28,755 nucleotides of DNA, from positions 1-28,755 of the forward strand of contig CAYTNI010000001.1 in assembly GCA_964439115.1 (NCBI GenBank), read 5' to 3'. Position numbers and translations under genes: made by a program. Below the pieces are notes generated by a model. The model was not told the DNA's origin, did not search any database, and was given only the letters and a program-made list of their open reading frames with translations. This DNA is from an uncultured Saprospiraceae bacterium (lineage in GTDB: Bacteria; Bacteroidota; Bacteroidia; Chitinophagales; Saprospiraceae). Positions 16,754 to 26,335 of this stretch are shown piece after piece (position 1 is the first letter of the stretch; each line of letters begins with the position of its first letter).

Positions 16754-17413
16754 ATGATTGCAGAAGAACTCATTCACAACGATATAGTGCCGCTGCGTAC
16801 CTCCGACACAGGAGAAGAAGCACTCGGCATCATGGCTGACTTTTACGTCAGGCATCTGCCCATTGTCAACAACACACAGCTGCTCGGGCTTATCTCCGAA
16901 GACGACCTCCTGGACCACGACCCGGAAACCCCTGTCGGCGCTATGGATTTATCACTTCCAAGGCCTTACGTTAAGCAAAGTGATCACTTTTATGAGGTCT
17001 TCCGCCTGCTATCCCTGCACCAACTTTCCGTCATACCTGTAGTGGATAACGATGACACCTACATCGGCCTCATTACCCAGGATGACATCCTTCAGTACTT
17101 CGCCCGCATCGGTGGGTTTTCAGAACCGGGAAGTATTATCGTACTGGAGACCAGCCGCCGAGGATACTCGCTTTCGGAAATTTCCAGAATTGTCGAGTCG
17201 GAAAATGCCTCGGTTTTAAATTCTTTCATCGCCTCCTCTCTGGACGGCTCCACCCTGGAAGTGACGATAAAGGTCAACGTACAAAATGACAACGCTATTC
17301 TTGCCACTTTTGAACGATTTGGTTACGAAGTAAAAGCCTCGTTCAAGGAGGAGGCCTACGGCGACATACTCAAAGAGCGATACGATGCCTTCATGAACTA
17401 TCTCAATGTTTAA
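16754..17413 (+). CDS. CBS-pair domain protein with C-terminal ACT-like domain (AcuB-like)
   Basis: Two CBS motifs (HLPIVNN.QLLGLISEDD; VIPVVDNDDTYIGLITQDD), then GSIIVLE...YSLSEISRIVESENA and LATFERFGY. Confidence 0.8.
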   Translation: MIAEELIHNDIVPLRTSDTGEEALGIMADFYVRHLPIVNNTQLLGLISEDDLLDHDPETPVGAMDLSLPRPYVKQSDHFYEVFRLLSLHQLSVIPVVDNDDTYIGLITQDDILQYFARIGGFSEPGSIIVLETSRRGYSLSEISRIVESENASVLNSFIASSLDGSTLEVTIKVNVQNDNAILATFERFGYEVKASFKEEAYGDILKERYDAFMNYLNV

Positions 17414-17777
17414 TTTTCTCTTAATCCACTGCATCCTTCCTTTGGCCACGGCTTTTTCTCCATTGGAAAATCCCGTAGTTTGGCTTTGTCCCGTTCATCA
17501 CGATTTCGGCACCATACCATTATCCGTCCCAGCTGCTGTGCGTTTCGAATTCAAAAATACCGGAACCTCCCCGCTCGTCATAGACAACGTGCGAACCCCA
17601 TGTGGTTGTACCGCTGTGGAGTGGCCTGAGAAACCCGTATCCCCCGGTGAAAAGGCCAGCATCCTCGTGGAGTATAATGCTGCAAAGGTTGGCTACTTTT
17701 ACAAGGACATCAAAGTGTTTTTTCACGATATTCGCCAGGCAGAACGCCTTTCGGTGGAAGGCCTCGTTGAAGAATAA
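17406..17777 (+). CDS. DUF1573 domain (Ig-like) exported protein
   Basis: HDFGTI...FEFKNTGTSPLVIDNVRTPCGCT...PVSPGE signature with an N-terminal hydrophobic signal. It overlaps the CBS stop by 8 nt. Confidence 0.8.
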   Translation: MFNFLLIHCILPLATAFSPLENPVVWLCPVHHDFGTIPLSVPAAVRFEFKNTGTSPLVIDNVRTPCGCTAVEWPEKPVSPGEKASILVEYNAAKVGYFYKDIKVFFHDIRQAERLSVEGLVEE

Positions 17778-17818
17778 ACATATTGGTCTGGTCATAATCT
17801 TTAATCTGAGCCTGCCTT

Positions 17819-18862
17819 ATGCTCGAAAAACCCATCCCTGAAGTATTACCCGGCAGAACTATGCTTTGGAAGGGCCGGGAGTTTCTTTACTTTAGCGGTA
17901 CCGGTTACTTAGGAATGCACACTGATGAAGATTTCAGGGCACTTGTCCGGGAAGGTCTTGACCAATACGGTGGTCATTTTGGAGGATCCCGATTGTCGCA
18001 GGTACAACCTTCCATTTTTGAAACCGCAGAAAGATGGCTCGCAGGCTGGGCGAATGCCGAATCCGCCATAGTGCTTTCCTCCGGCACGCTTGCAGGCCAG
18101 ATCATGGCCCGGTTTCTGGCTGACACGCATCATTGTCTGTACGCTCCGGGAGTACATCCTGCGCTTTGGAGTTCAACGGCTCCCGCCCAAATCGGATGGG
18201 AGGAATGGGTATCCGGAATCTGTCATTTGATGACGCACAACAAGAAGCCTTTGGCTATTTTTGCCAATGCCGTTGATCCTTTGAAGGCTTGCCCCGTTGA
18301 CTTTGACTGGATTGCGAAGATCCCCCCTGATAATCCGGTCACCCTGGTATTGGACGACTCCCATGGTTTTGGTATTACCGGAACTGACGGAGGCGGAATT
18401 TACCGCATCCTACAATGCCCCCCTCATATTTCTTTGGTGGTCATAGCCTCCCTGGGCAAAGCCCCGGGTATTCCTGCCGGCGTAATTCTTGGAAACAGGC
18501 AGCTTCTCGATGAAATCCGGGGAAGCCCCCTATATGGCGGAGCTTCACCCCCTACCCCCGCCTTTTTGTACGCCTTATGCCACAGTCAGGAAATTTATCG
18601 TCGGAATTTGGAGTGCCTGCGGAGCCGCATCCGTCATTTTATAAGAGAACTCCCCACGAGGTGGCCACTTCAATTTATGGAAGATTACCCTGTTTTTTAT
18701 ACCCCCGATGAATCCGTGGCCGGTCAGCTAGAAGGCAAGGGAATAATAATATCCAGCTTTTCTTATCCGCGGCCGGGAGACAATCGTATTTCAAGGATTA
18801 TCCTGAACGCCCAGCACACAGAAGCTGACATACAAAAGCTTTTGCAGGCCTGTAAAGGATAG
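17819..18862 (+). CDS. Divergent PLP-dependent alpha-oxoamine synthase-like protein (BioF/Kbl fold)
   Basis: FSGTGYLG, GGSRL, SSGTLAG, LDDSHGFG (PLP Asp/His), SLGKA (Schiff-base Lys), and a C-terminal SRIILNAQH. Confidence 0.7.
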   Translation: MLEKPIPEVLPGRTMLWKGREFLYFSGTGYLGMHTDEDFRALVREGLDQYGGHFGGSRLSQVQPSIFETAERWLAGWANAESAIVLSSGTLAGQIMARFLADTHHCLYAPGVHPALWSSTAPAQIGWEEWVSGICHLMTHNKKPLAIFANAVDPLKACPVDFDWIAKIPPDNPVTLVLDDSHGFGITGTDGGGIYRILQCPPHISLVVIASLGKAPGIPAGVILGNRQLLDEIRGSPLYGGASPPTPAFLYALCHSQEIYRRNLECLRSRIRHFIRELPTRWPLQFMEDYPVFYTPDESVAGQLEGKGIIISSFSYPRPGDNRISRIILNAQHTEADIQKLLQACKG

Positions 18863-18918
18863 GAAGCCATCCTCCAAAATAAGGAGCTGATACGCTACCT
18901 TGCCCCCATGTCTTTTGT

Positions 18919-18926
18919 TAGCTTTG
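18919..18926 (+). promoter_or_regulatory. -7 promoter element (TAGCTTTG) for nadB
   Basis: TAnnTTTG 25 nt upstream of the ATG at 18952, with a TTG 16 nt further upstream. Confidence 0.55.
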
Positions 18927-18951
18927 TGCCTTTTAAATAATTAACCAAGGG

Positions 18952-20559
18952 ATGAAGAACCCTACTGACGTCCTCATTATTGGCTCTGGTATCGGCGGAC
19001 TGAGCACAGCCATCCAAATTGCCACCAAACGCCCTGACCTGCAAATTACGGTGCTGACTAAAACTGTCGAACATGAAAGCAACACCCGCTATGCGCAAGG
19101 AGGGGTGGCCGCAGTATGGAACGAAGGGATTGATTCTTTTGAAAAACACATAGAAGATACATTGGATGCCGGAGATGGCCTATGCGACCTGGACACCGTC
19201 CGTATCGTCGTAACCGAAGGGCCCCAGCGCGTCCGCGAAATCATTGAATGGGGGACGCGTTTTGATAAAACATCCAGCAATACAGACTACGACCTTGGTC
19301 GGGAAGGCGGACACTCTGAAAACCGAATTTTACACTACAAAGACCTCACCGGCTGGGAAATTCAGCGTGCCCTCATCGCCAAAGCCGATGAATTTGCCAA
19401 TATTTCTGTATTGGAACATTACTTCGCCATTGACATCATTACGCAGCACCATCTAGGTCATATCATTACGCGACTGACGCCCGGTATTGCCTGTTTCGGC
19501 GCTTATGCGCTCAATAAACACACCGGAGAAATCGAAACCTTCCTCGCCAGAATGACGGTGGTGAGCACGGGCGGCGCCGGTCAGGTGTACCGCAACACCA
19601 CCAACCCCGTCATTGCCAGTGGAGATGGTATTGCCATGGTATATCGCGCTAAGGGATGGGTGGAAAATATGGAATTTGTTCAGTTTCACCCCACCGCCTT
19701 GTATAATCCTGCCGGAGAAAATCCGGTCTTCCTGGTATCAGAGGCTGTGCGCGGCTTTGGAGGTATCCTGAAAAACCGCCATGGGGAAGAATTTATGCAC
19801 AAATACGACCCCCGCAAGTCCCTGGCGCCACGAGACATTGTAGCACGCGCCATTGACAACGAAATGAAGCTGCACGGCGAGGAATGCATGTTTCTCGATT
19901 GCCGGCACCTGGAAAGCGCCGCATTTATCGCCCATTTTCCGACCATTTACGACAAGTGCATGAGCATTGGTATCGACCCCATGAAAGATATGATTCCGGT
20001 GGTTCCCGCTTGCCACTATATGTGCGGAGGGATTCAAACCGATGAGCTGGGTAGAACCAATATTTCGCATCTTTATGCTGTGGGAGAATGTACCAGCACG
20101 GGACTACATGGTGCTAACCGACTGGCCTCTAATTCTTTGCTGGAAGCCTTGGTGTTTGGATACCGCGCCGGCACGGATATCCTCCGCCATATTGACACCG
20201 TGGCGCTACAACAGGAAATTCCGAACTGGAATGCCAGCGGTACGACTGACCCGCCTGAAATGGTGCTCATTACCCAAAGCACCAAAGAGCTGAAAGAAAT
20301 CATGAGCAGTTATGTAGGCATTGTACGTACAAACGTTCGTTTGAAACGAGCTATGGATCGCCTGGAATTGCTATACCGGGAAACGGAAGATTTGTACCAC
20401 TCGACGACCATTTCACCACAACTCTGTGAGTTGCGCAATCTGATAACCATTGCCTACCTGATTACCCGTTCGGCTTCCATGAGACGGGAGAGCCGAGGGT
20501 TGCATTTCAATACTGATTTTCCGGAAAAACAGTCCTTTATACAAACCTCGCTGCTTTAA
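18952..20559 (+). CDS. nadB: L-aspartate oxidase
   Basis: FAD motif IIGSGIGGL, NTRYAQGG, REGGHS..RI.H, MEFVQFHPT, SEAVRG, LAPRDIV, HYMCGG, TGLHGANRLASNSL and ESRGLH. Confidence 0.95.
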   Translation: MKNPTDVLIIGSGIGGLSTAIQIATKRPDLQITVLTKTVEHESNTRYAQGGVAAVWNEGIDSFEKHIEDTLDAGDGLCDLDTVRIVVTEGPQRVREIIEWGTRFDKTSSNTDYDLGREGGHSENRILHYKDLTGWEIQRALIAKADEFANISVLEHYFAIDIITQHHLGHIITRLTPGIACFGAYALNKHTGEIETFLARMTVVSTGGAGQVYRNTTNPVIASGDGIAMVYRAKGWVENMEFVQFHPTALYNPAGENPVFLVSEAVRGFGGILKNRHGEEFMHKYDPRKSLAPRDIVARAIDNEMKLHGEECMFLDCRHLESAAFIAHFPTIYDKCMSIGIDPMKDMIPVVPACHYMCGGIQTDELGRTNISHLYAVGECTSTGLHGANRLASNSLLEALVFGYRAGTDILRHIDTVALQQEIPNWNASGTTDPPEMVLITQSTKELKEIMSSYVGIVRTNVRLKRAMDRLELLYRETEDLYHSTTISPQLCELRNLITIAYLITRSASMRRESRGLHFNTDFPEKQSFIQTSLL

Positions 20560-20567
20560 AAAAGCAA

Positions 20568-20597
20568 TCGGGCTTCTGCAGGATAACAGAAGCCCGA
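20568..20597 (-). terminator. Intrinsic terminator between convergent nadB and RND permease genes
   Basis: Perfect 11-bp stem TCGGGCTTCTG-caggataa-CAGAAGCCCGA. The U-tract (TTGCTTTTTT) follows on the minus strand; it may also act bidirectionally. Confidence 0.8.
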
Positions 20598-20621
20598 CGA
20601 ATACCGTTGTGAATTAGCTAA

Positions 20622-23600
20622 TTAGTTGGAAAGCACAAACTCCTTTTCAGGCTTGGGCTCCCCGTGCCCGTGGTGGTCACTGCCGAAGTCGCTCAAGGGG
20701 CGCGTACCGGTCTTCTTTTGCCGGCGAATATCTCCTTTTATCATATCCATCACGTAATACACCACCGGCACTACCACCAGCGTGAGCAACATGGAACTGG
20801 TGAGACCGCCAATCAAGGCCCATGCAAGACCATTCTTCCATTCGGCACCGGCACCTTTGGCCAATGCAATGGGCAGCATACCGAATACCATGGCAATTGT
20901 GGTCATCAGGATGGGGCGCAAACGAATACGACCGGCAAGAAGGAGCGAGTCAAAAGTACCGAAGCCCTCCGATTTCATCTGATTGGCGAAATCCACCAAA
21001 AGGATGGCATTTTTACCGACGAGACCCACGAGCATGATGATTCCGACAATGGAAAAAATATCGAGCGTTTGCATAGTGAGTGCCATGGCCAATAAAGCTC
21101 CTACGATGGCCACCGGAATGGAGAATAACACCACGAAAGGATATACCCAGTTGTCATACAAGGCGACCATGATAAAATATACAAAAAGAATGGCGGCCAA
21201 AAAAGCGATACCCAGGCTGCCAAAACCCTCTGACTGCGCTTTCAAATCACCATCATAAGCAATGAAGATGCCCGGAGGGGGTGGATTTTGGGCAATAATC
21301 TCCTTGATTTCATTACCTACGGTACCTGATGGACGGCCAAGCACTTTAGATTGAAGGGTAACTGCTGCCGTTCGATCTTTGCGCTCCAACCTGGAAGGGC
21401 CGGTAGTCTGAGTAACCGCGGCGAATTGGTTGAGGCGAATCATTTCCCCACTGCTGTTGACAAAGCTCAGTGCACTGATATCGCTGAGGCTCTTGCGGTC
21501 AAAAGCATCCAGCTTGATATTGATATCGTACTCATTATTGCCGTCGCGATACTTGGCATTGGTATTGCCGGAGAAGGCAGTTTGCATCGTAGCACCTACG
21601 GTTTGCATGTCGAGGCCTAGTTCGGCCATTCGTTCGCGATTGACCTGTACATTGATTTCGGGGTTTCCCTCTTCCACGGTAAGCTCAGCCTCCAGGGTGC
21701 CGGGCACTTTTTTAGCCTCTACTAAGAGAAAACGGGCATATTCCATGGCTTCCTCCAAGCGCGCGGAGCTTACAATAACCTGAATAGGCGCCTGGTCAGC
21801 GCCGCCGAAGAAGCTCACTAAATTAGTGGTGACCTCAACCCCCGGGAGTTGCCTTTCGATTTCATTGCGAACTCGGCTGCCATACACATCAGAGCGCACG
21901 CCACCGCGCTCTTCAAGGCCAACCATTTTCACCTGGATTTCAGCGAGGTAAGGCGTGCTTTGTCCGCCAAGAAGCCCGGTGGTTCTACCAACAGTGGTAA
22001 AAAGGTTAGTTACTTCCGGTTTTGAGGAAAGAATGCGCTCGGCTTTTTGCACAGCAAGGTTGGTTTCCTTCAAGGTTGCATCTTTGGGCAATTCCAGTTG
22101 AATAATAAACTCCCCGCGATCGCTGTTGCCAAAGAAGGCCGTACCGATAAAACCACCGCCTACGAGCGCGAACGAACTGAAAAAGAGAACAGAGGTAAGT
22201 ATTAAAACCAAAGCTTTATGGCGCAGTGACCAGTTTAAAAGGCGGTTGTAGGCCTCTGCAAGATGGTGCAGTATGCGTTCAAAGCCTATGAAAAATGCGC
22301 CAAAGATATTTTTATTGCTCAAATTCTCAATTTTGGAAAATCGGGAAGCCAACATGGGGGTAACGGTAAAGGAAACCACCAAGCTCATAAGGGTTGAAAA
22401 CACAACCACCCAGGCAAACTGCGACATGATGCTACCCACAATTCCACCGGAAAGAGCCAGGGGCACAAATACCACTACGTCCACAAGGGTAATGGAAAGG
22501 GCTGTGAAGCCAATTTCATTACGGCCATCGAGGGCTGCCACCCGGCGGTGTTTGCCCATTTCCATGTGTCGGTAAATATTTTCGAGTACCACGATGCTAT
22601 CATCCACCAGGATACCAATCACCAGCGACATGGCGAGGAGGGTCATCAGGTTGAGGGTAAAATCAAAGAGGTACATGCCGATGAACGTAGAAATTAAGGA
22701 TGCCGGAATCGCCACCATGATGATGAGCGAGTTGCGGAGGCTGTGCAGAAATACCAGCATGACTAAGGCTACAAGCACGATGGCGAGGCTAAGGTCAAAT
22801 ACTACCGCATCAACGGCCTCATTGGTAAAATCTGTAGAGTCATTGCCGATTTTGAAGGCTAAATTCTCCTCTTTGTAAATATCTTCAAGGCGTTTCATCG
22901 CTGTTTTTACCCCGGCAGAGACGGCTACAGCATTGGCGTCATTTTGCTTTTGAATAAGGATACCGATAGCACTTCGGCCATTGAGTCGGTTGATGTCATC
23001 GGCATCTTTCTGGATATCTTGTACTTCGGCCACATCAGATAGTTTGATGGAGCCGCCATTGGGAAGGTTGCGCAGCGGAAGATTGCGCAAATCGTCGAGG
23101 GTTTGGAATTTCCCGGCAAGACGAACGAGAATCTGTTCCTGTTCGCTCTTTATTTTTCCTGTCGGAAAGTCGAGATTTGCAGCCTGGATGGCCTGTCCGA
23201 TTTGAAGCAGCGATAGGTTGTTTTGTTCGAGCTTGGCTCTATTGACCTGCACCTGAATTTCTCGTTCCTGCCCCCCGACGAGCGTGACTTGCCCCACGCC
23301 TTCAACGCGGGAGAGCGCAGGTTTGATGCGATTTTTCATCAGGTCGTAGAGGTCCGCAGGAGCGAGTTCGGCATTGCCGGCAATACTCATGATTGGAAAC
23401 TCATCAGAAGCAAATTTAGACACCACGGGAGCCTTGGCATCGGCGGGCAGCGTAGATTCTGCCGCGTTCACCTTGCGCTGAACTTCCTGGAGGAGGAGAT
23501 CCACTTCTGCATCCTGTTTGAATTCGATAGTGACTGCGGAGAGTCCTTCAAGGGAGGAGGAGCGAATTCCTTCAATCCCTTCTACACCGGAGACGGCATC

Positions 23601-23804
23601 CTCTATGGGCTTGGTCAGGTTATTTTCCACTTCGGAGGGGGAGGCTCCTGGATAAACTGTGGACACAAAAATGATGGGCGCCGAGAATTTGGGAATCAGC
23701 TCGTAACTGAGCCTGGAATAGGAGAGCAAACCCAGGATGGTGAGCACCAAAAACGACACAATAATGAGAGATGGGCGTTTTATGGCTATTTCGGTAATGG
23801 ACAT
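20622..23804 (-). CDS. RND efflux permease (AcrB/AcrD/AcrF, HAE1 family)
   Basis: 1060 aa with two large periplasmic loops. Proton-relay motifs LVDDSIVVLEN, GKNAILLVD and RLRPILMTT are intact. Confidence 0.95.
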   Translation of the reverse strand: MSITEIAIKRPSLIIVSFLVLTILGLLSYSRLSYELIPKFSAPIIFVSTVYPGASPSEVENNLTKPIEDAVSGVEGIEGIRSSSLEGLSAVTIEFKQDAEVDLLLQEVQRKVNAAESTLPADAKAPVVSKFASDEFPIMSIAGNAELAPADLYDLMKNRIKPALSRVEGVGQVTLVGGQEREIQVQVNRAKLEQNNLSLLQIGQAIQAANLDFPTGKIKSEQEQILVRLAGKFQTLDDLRNLPLRNLPNGGSIKLSDVAEVQDIQKDADDINRLNGRSAIGILIQKQNDANAVAVSAGVKTAMKRLEDIYKEENLAFKIGNDSTDFTNEAVDAVVFDLSLAIVLVALVMLVFLHSLRNSLIIMVAIPASLISTFIGMYLFDFTLNLMTLLAMSLVIGILVDDSIVVLENIYRHMEMGKHRRVAALDGRNEIGFTALSITLVDVVVFVPLALSGGIVGSIMSQFAWVVVFSTLMSLVVSFTVTPMLASRFSKIENLSNKNIFGAFFIGFERILHHLAEAYNRLLNWSLRHKALVLILTSVLFFSSFALVGGGFIGTAFFGNSDRGEFIIQLELPKDATLKETNLAVQKAERILSSKPEVTNLFTTVGRTTGLLGGQSTPYLAEIQVKMVGLEERGGVRSDVYGSRVRNEIERQLPGVEVTTNLVSFFGGADQAPIQVIVSSARLEEAMEYARFLLVEAKKVPGTLEAELTVEEGNPEINVQVNRERMAELGLDMQTVGATMQTAFSGNTNAKYRDGNNEYDINIKLDAFDRKSLSDISALSFVNSSGEMIRLNQFAAVTQTTGPSRLERKDRTAAVTLQSKVLGRPSGTVGNEIKEIIAQNPPPPGIFIAYDGDLKAQSEGFGSLGIAFLAAILFVYFIMVALYDNWVYPFVVLFSIPVAIVGALLAMALTMQTLDIFSIVGIIMLVGLVGKNAILLVDFANQMKSEGFGTFDSLLLAGRIRLRPILMTTIAMVFGMLPIALAKGAGAEWKNGLAWALIGGLTSSMLLTLVVVPVVYYVMDMIKGDIRRQKKTGTRPLSDFGSDHHGHGEPKPEKEFVLSN

Positions 23805-23843
23805 TGTCTGCTGATTTAAATGAAACGAGGGAAGGTGAGTTTG

Positions 23844-24914
23844 TTATTTCGAAGAAGTATCGACCTGGGTGCCCTCATCGAGATTGATTTGTCCGGCAAC
23901 GACTACGACATCTCCTTCTTTCAATCCGTCTTCTATTGCAACGAAATCTCCGTAAATGGCGCCAAGCCGAACGGGTTTCAGGCGAGCAATTCCATTGTCA
24001 ACGACAAAAACCCTGGCATCGCGCACACTTCCCACCACGGCTTCGCGCGGCAAGGCCAGCACTACAGCAGAGCGGCCACTGTCGAAATATGCATAGCCGT
24101 TCATACCCCCTTTAAGGGGCGTAGCAGACGGGTTATTCAGCTCGATTTCCACCATGAACCGCCGTGCATTATCTGCTTTGGCAGAGATATAGGATACGAC
24201 TCCTGAAAAGCTACCTGCAGGATATAAATCTGCTGACAGCTTTACATTTTGCCCTATCTTGACCTGGACTACTTCCTCCTCACTGAGATTGACCTGAAAT
24301 TTGAGGCGCGCCACATTAACAATATTCAGGATAGGAGCGCCGGGGCCGATAAAAGCGCCTTTTTCTACCGTCTTTCCGGAAACAATACCGGCAATGGGTG
24401 CTTTGACCACGGTGAGCGAGATTTGTTTTTCCAAGCCTCTGATCTGGGCTTTCAGGTTTTCCACGGCAATTTCGGCGTCATTCACCTGCTGTTGGGTGAC
24501 ACCACCATCGCCGACGAGGTTCTTTAGGCGAGTAAGGTCCTGTTCTGCTTTTTTCAGATTGAGCGATGTAATATCGAGTTGGTTCTTGAGCAAGTCATTA
24601 TCCACGGTGAGTATAATGGAACCTTCATTTACGGAAGAGCCATTGTTGACGTTCAGCTGGGTAATACGCCCAGACACATCTGATACCAGGGCAAGCTCCT
24701 TAAAGGGTTGAAATTGTCCGGAGGATTTAAAACTTGCACTCACGCTTTTGCGGGAAACGGAAGCCGTTTTTACCGGAATGATCTCATTGCGCTCCTGGGC
24801 GAGCTTTGCCTGTTCGTTAATGACTTTTTTGTTGTCGTTGAGTTTCCATACGACCACGCCGACAGCTGCACCGGCAACGACAAGGAAGAGGAATATGCGA
24901 ATGAACTTATTCAT
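23844..24914 (-). CDS. RND efflux periplasmic adaptor (membrane fusion protein)
   Basis: N-terminal TM anchor, lipoyl-type halves (VSGRITQLNVNNGS; VKAPIAGIV) around a coiled coil, and GLKEGDVVVVAG. Confidence 0.92.
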   Translation of the reverse strand: MNKFIRIFLFLVVAGAAVGVVVWKLNDNKKVINEQAKLAQERNEIIPVKTASVSRKSVSASFKSSGQFQPFKELALVSDVSGRITQLNVNNGSSVNEGSIILTVDNDLLKNQLDITSLNLKKAEQDLTRLKNLVGDGGVTQQQVNDAEIAVENLKAQIRGLEKQISLTVVKAPIAGIVSGKTVEKGAFIGPGAPILNIVNVARLKFQVNLSEEEVVQVKIGQNVKLSADLYPAGSFSGVVSYISAKADNARRFMVEIELNNPSATPLKGGMNGYAYFDSGRSAVVLALPREAVVGSVRDARVFVVDNGIARLKPVRLGAIYGDFVAIEDGLKEGDVVVVAGQINLDEGTQVDTSSK

Positions 24915-24934
24915 GATGATTGTTTTAAAAGAAA

Positions 24935-26335
24935 TCAGAGATTGAATAGCTGGAGGAGTTTTCCATTAGCGTACTCTACATCGAGGCTGGCCCACTTGTG
25001 TTGAAGCAGTGCGGCCAGGTAATTAGTCTGTACTTCGCGCATGGCGTTTTCAGCATTCAATACCTCGGTGATGGGAGCGAGACCTTCACTAAAACGCTTT
25101 TGTGTGATGGCGTACACCTCTTCGGCCATGCGGCGGTTTTCTCTTTGAGCCAATAAGCTGTTGTAATTGGTCTGCAATTGGAGCAAAGCGTTGTAATACT
25201 GCAACTCCAGGCCGTTTTGAGCAATCTGGCGGTCTTTTTCGTTTTGTAGGATTTCCAGCTGGTCTTGTTGCAGGCGATGGTTTTTGCTGAATCCGTCGAA
25301 AATAGGTATTTTGAGGTTCAACCCCAGCAAGGCAAAATCAAACCATTGACGACCCTGACCGAAATCGGCGAAATTATTGGCCTGACCTTGCAGGGTGTAA
25401 TTGGCGAACATCCGGGCGGAGGGGTAATAACCTGCGCGGGTGCGATTGTATTCGAGTTTCAGGAGTTCCTTTTGCTGGTCGAGGATGGCGATATCAATTT
25501 TATTTTGGAAGCCCGGAGTAAGAGCCTCGGGCAGCACAGCTTCCGGTAGGAGGTCATCCTGGAGGGTATCTGTCAGCATCACAGGGGCATCCAGAGGCAT
25601 AGCCATGGCGTGTTTGAGGGCGCGTAGTGTCTGTTCGTACTGAAGATTGAGATTCAGCAGTTGAGATTCGAGGTTGCTACGGCTGACTCGAAGCTGATCC
25701 ACGTCGAGTTTTGTGGCAAATCCATTTTGGTATTGTTTCTCGGTGGCACGCAGCAGGCCGTCCACCTGACGGAGATTAGCCTCCAGGATGCCGCGTTGCT
25801 TCCCTAGAATTTGCGCCTGGAAGTAAATCTTAACTACGTTATAGGCGAGATCCTCTTTGGTTTTGACCTCGAGGAGACGGTTAAACTGATTGAGTTTCTG
25901 CGTTGCTTTAATACCGAGCCAGAAAGTTTGGTCATACACGAGTTGGCTCAGCTCAACGCCGGCTGTCGTATTCAAGGTGGTACCGAACTGCACCGGAATC
26001 AACTCATCGGGGCGGCCGGCAAAAAAATTAGGTACCAGCTGGGTCGGAAGTTTAATGTTGTAAGTAAAGTTTCCCGTTCCATTTAACTGTGGCAGGCCGG
26101 TGGAAAGATACTCCTTAACGAGGTACTGCCCCTTTTGTATTTCCAGGGCGGCCCTGTGCGCCTGAGGGTTGTTTTGAACGGCATACTGAACGCTATTTTG
26201 CAGCGAGAGAGGTTGCTGTGCCATAGCAGGAAATACAGCGGCGAGACACAAGCCCCCCAGGAGGAAACCGATAATTTGCCTGGCAATTCCAGACGATTGA
26301 ATATTCATGGTCGCTTGATGGTTTTTACAATTCAT
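24935..26335 (-). CDS. TolC-family outer membrane efflux protein
   Basis: Signal peptide ending AMA-QQ, LSLQNSVQYAVQNNP, two OEP repeats, and LNLKIPIFDG. The start is 26335 (overlapping the tetR end) or 26308. Confidence 0.9.
   Translation of the reverse strand: MNCKNHQATMNIQSSGIARQIIGFLLGGLCLAAVFPAMAQQPLSLQNSVQYAVQNNPQAHRAALEIQKGQYLVKEYLSTGLPQLNGTGNFTYNIKLPTQLVPNFFAGRPDELIPVQFGTTLNTTAGVELSQLVYDQTFWLGIKATQKLNQFNRLLEVKTKEDLAYNVVKIYFQAQILGKQRGILEANLRQVDGLLRATEKQYQNGFATKLDVDQLRVSRSNLESQLLNLNLQYEQTLRALKHAMAMPLDAPVMLTDTLQDDLLPEAVLPEALTPGFQNKIDIAILDQQKELLKLEYNRTRAGYYPSARMFANYTLQGQANNFADFGQGRQWFDFALLGLNLKIPIFDGFSKNHRLQQDQLEILQNEKDRQIAQNGLELQYYNALLQLQTNYNSLLAQRENRRMAEEVYAITQKRFSEGLAPITEVLNAENAMREVQTNYLAALLQHKWASLDVEYANGKLLQLFNL

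Noticed and set aside
23223-24206. 198-aa and 128-aa ORFs on the + strand
   Set aside because: Antisense to the RND permease and adaptor genes; no family features.
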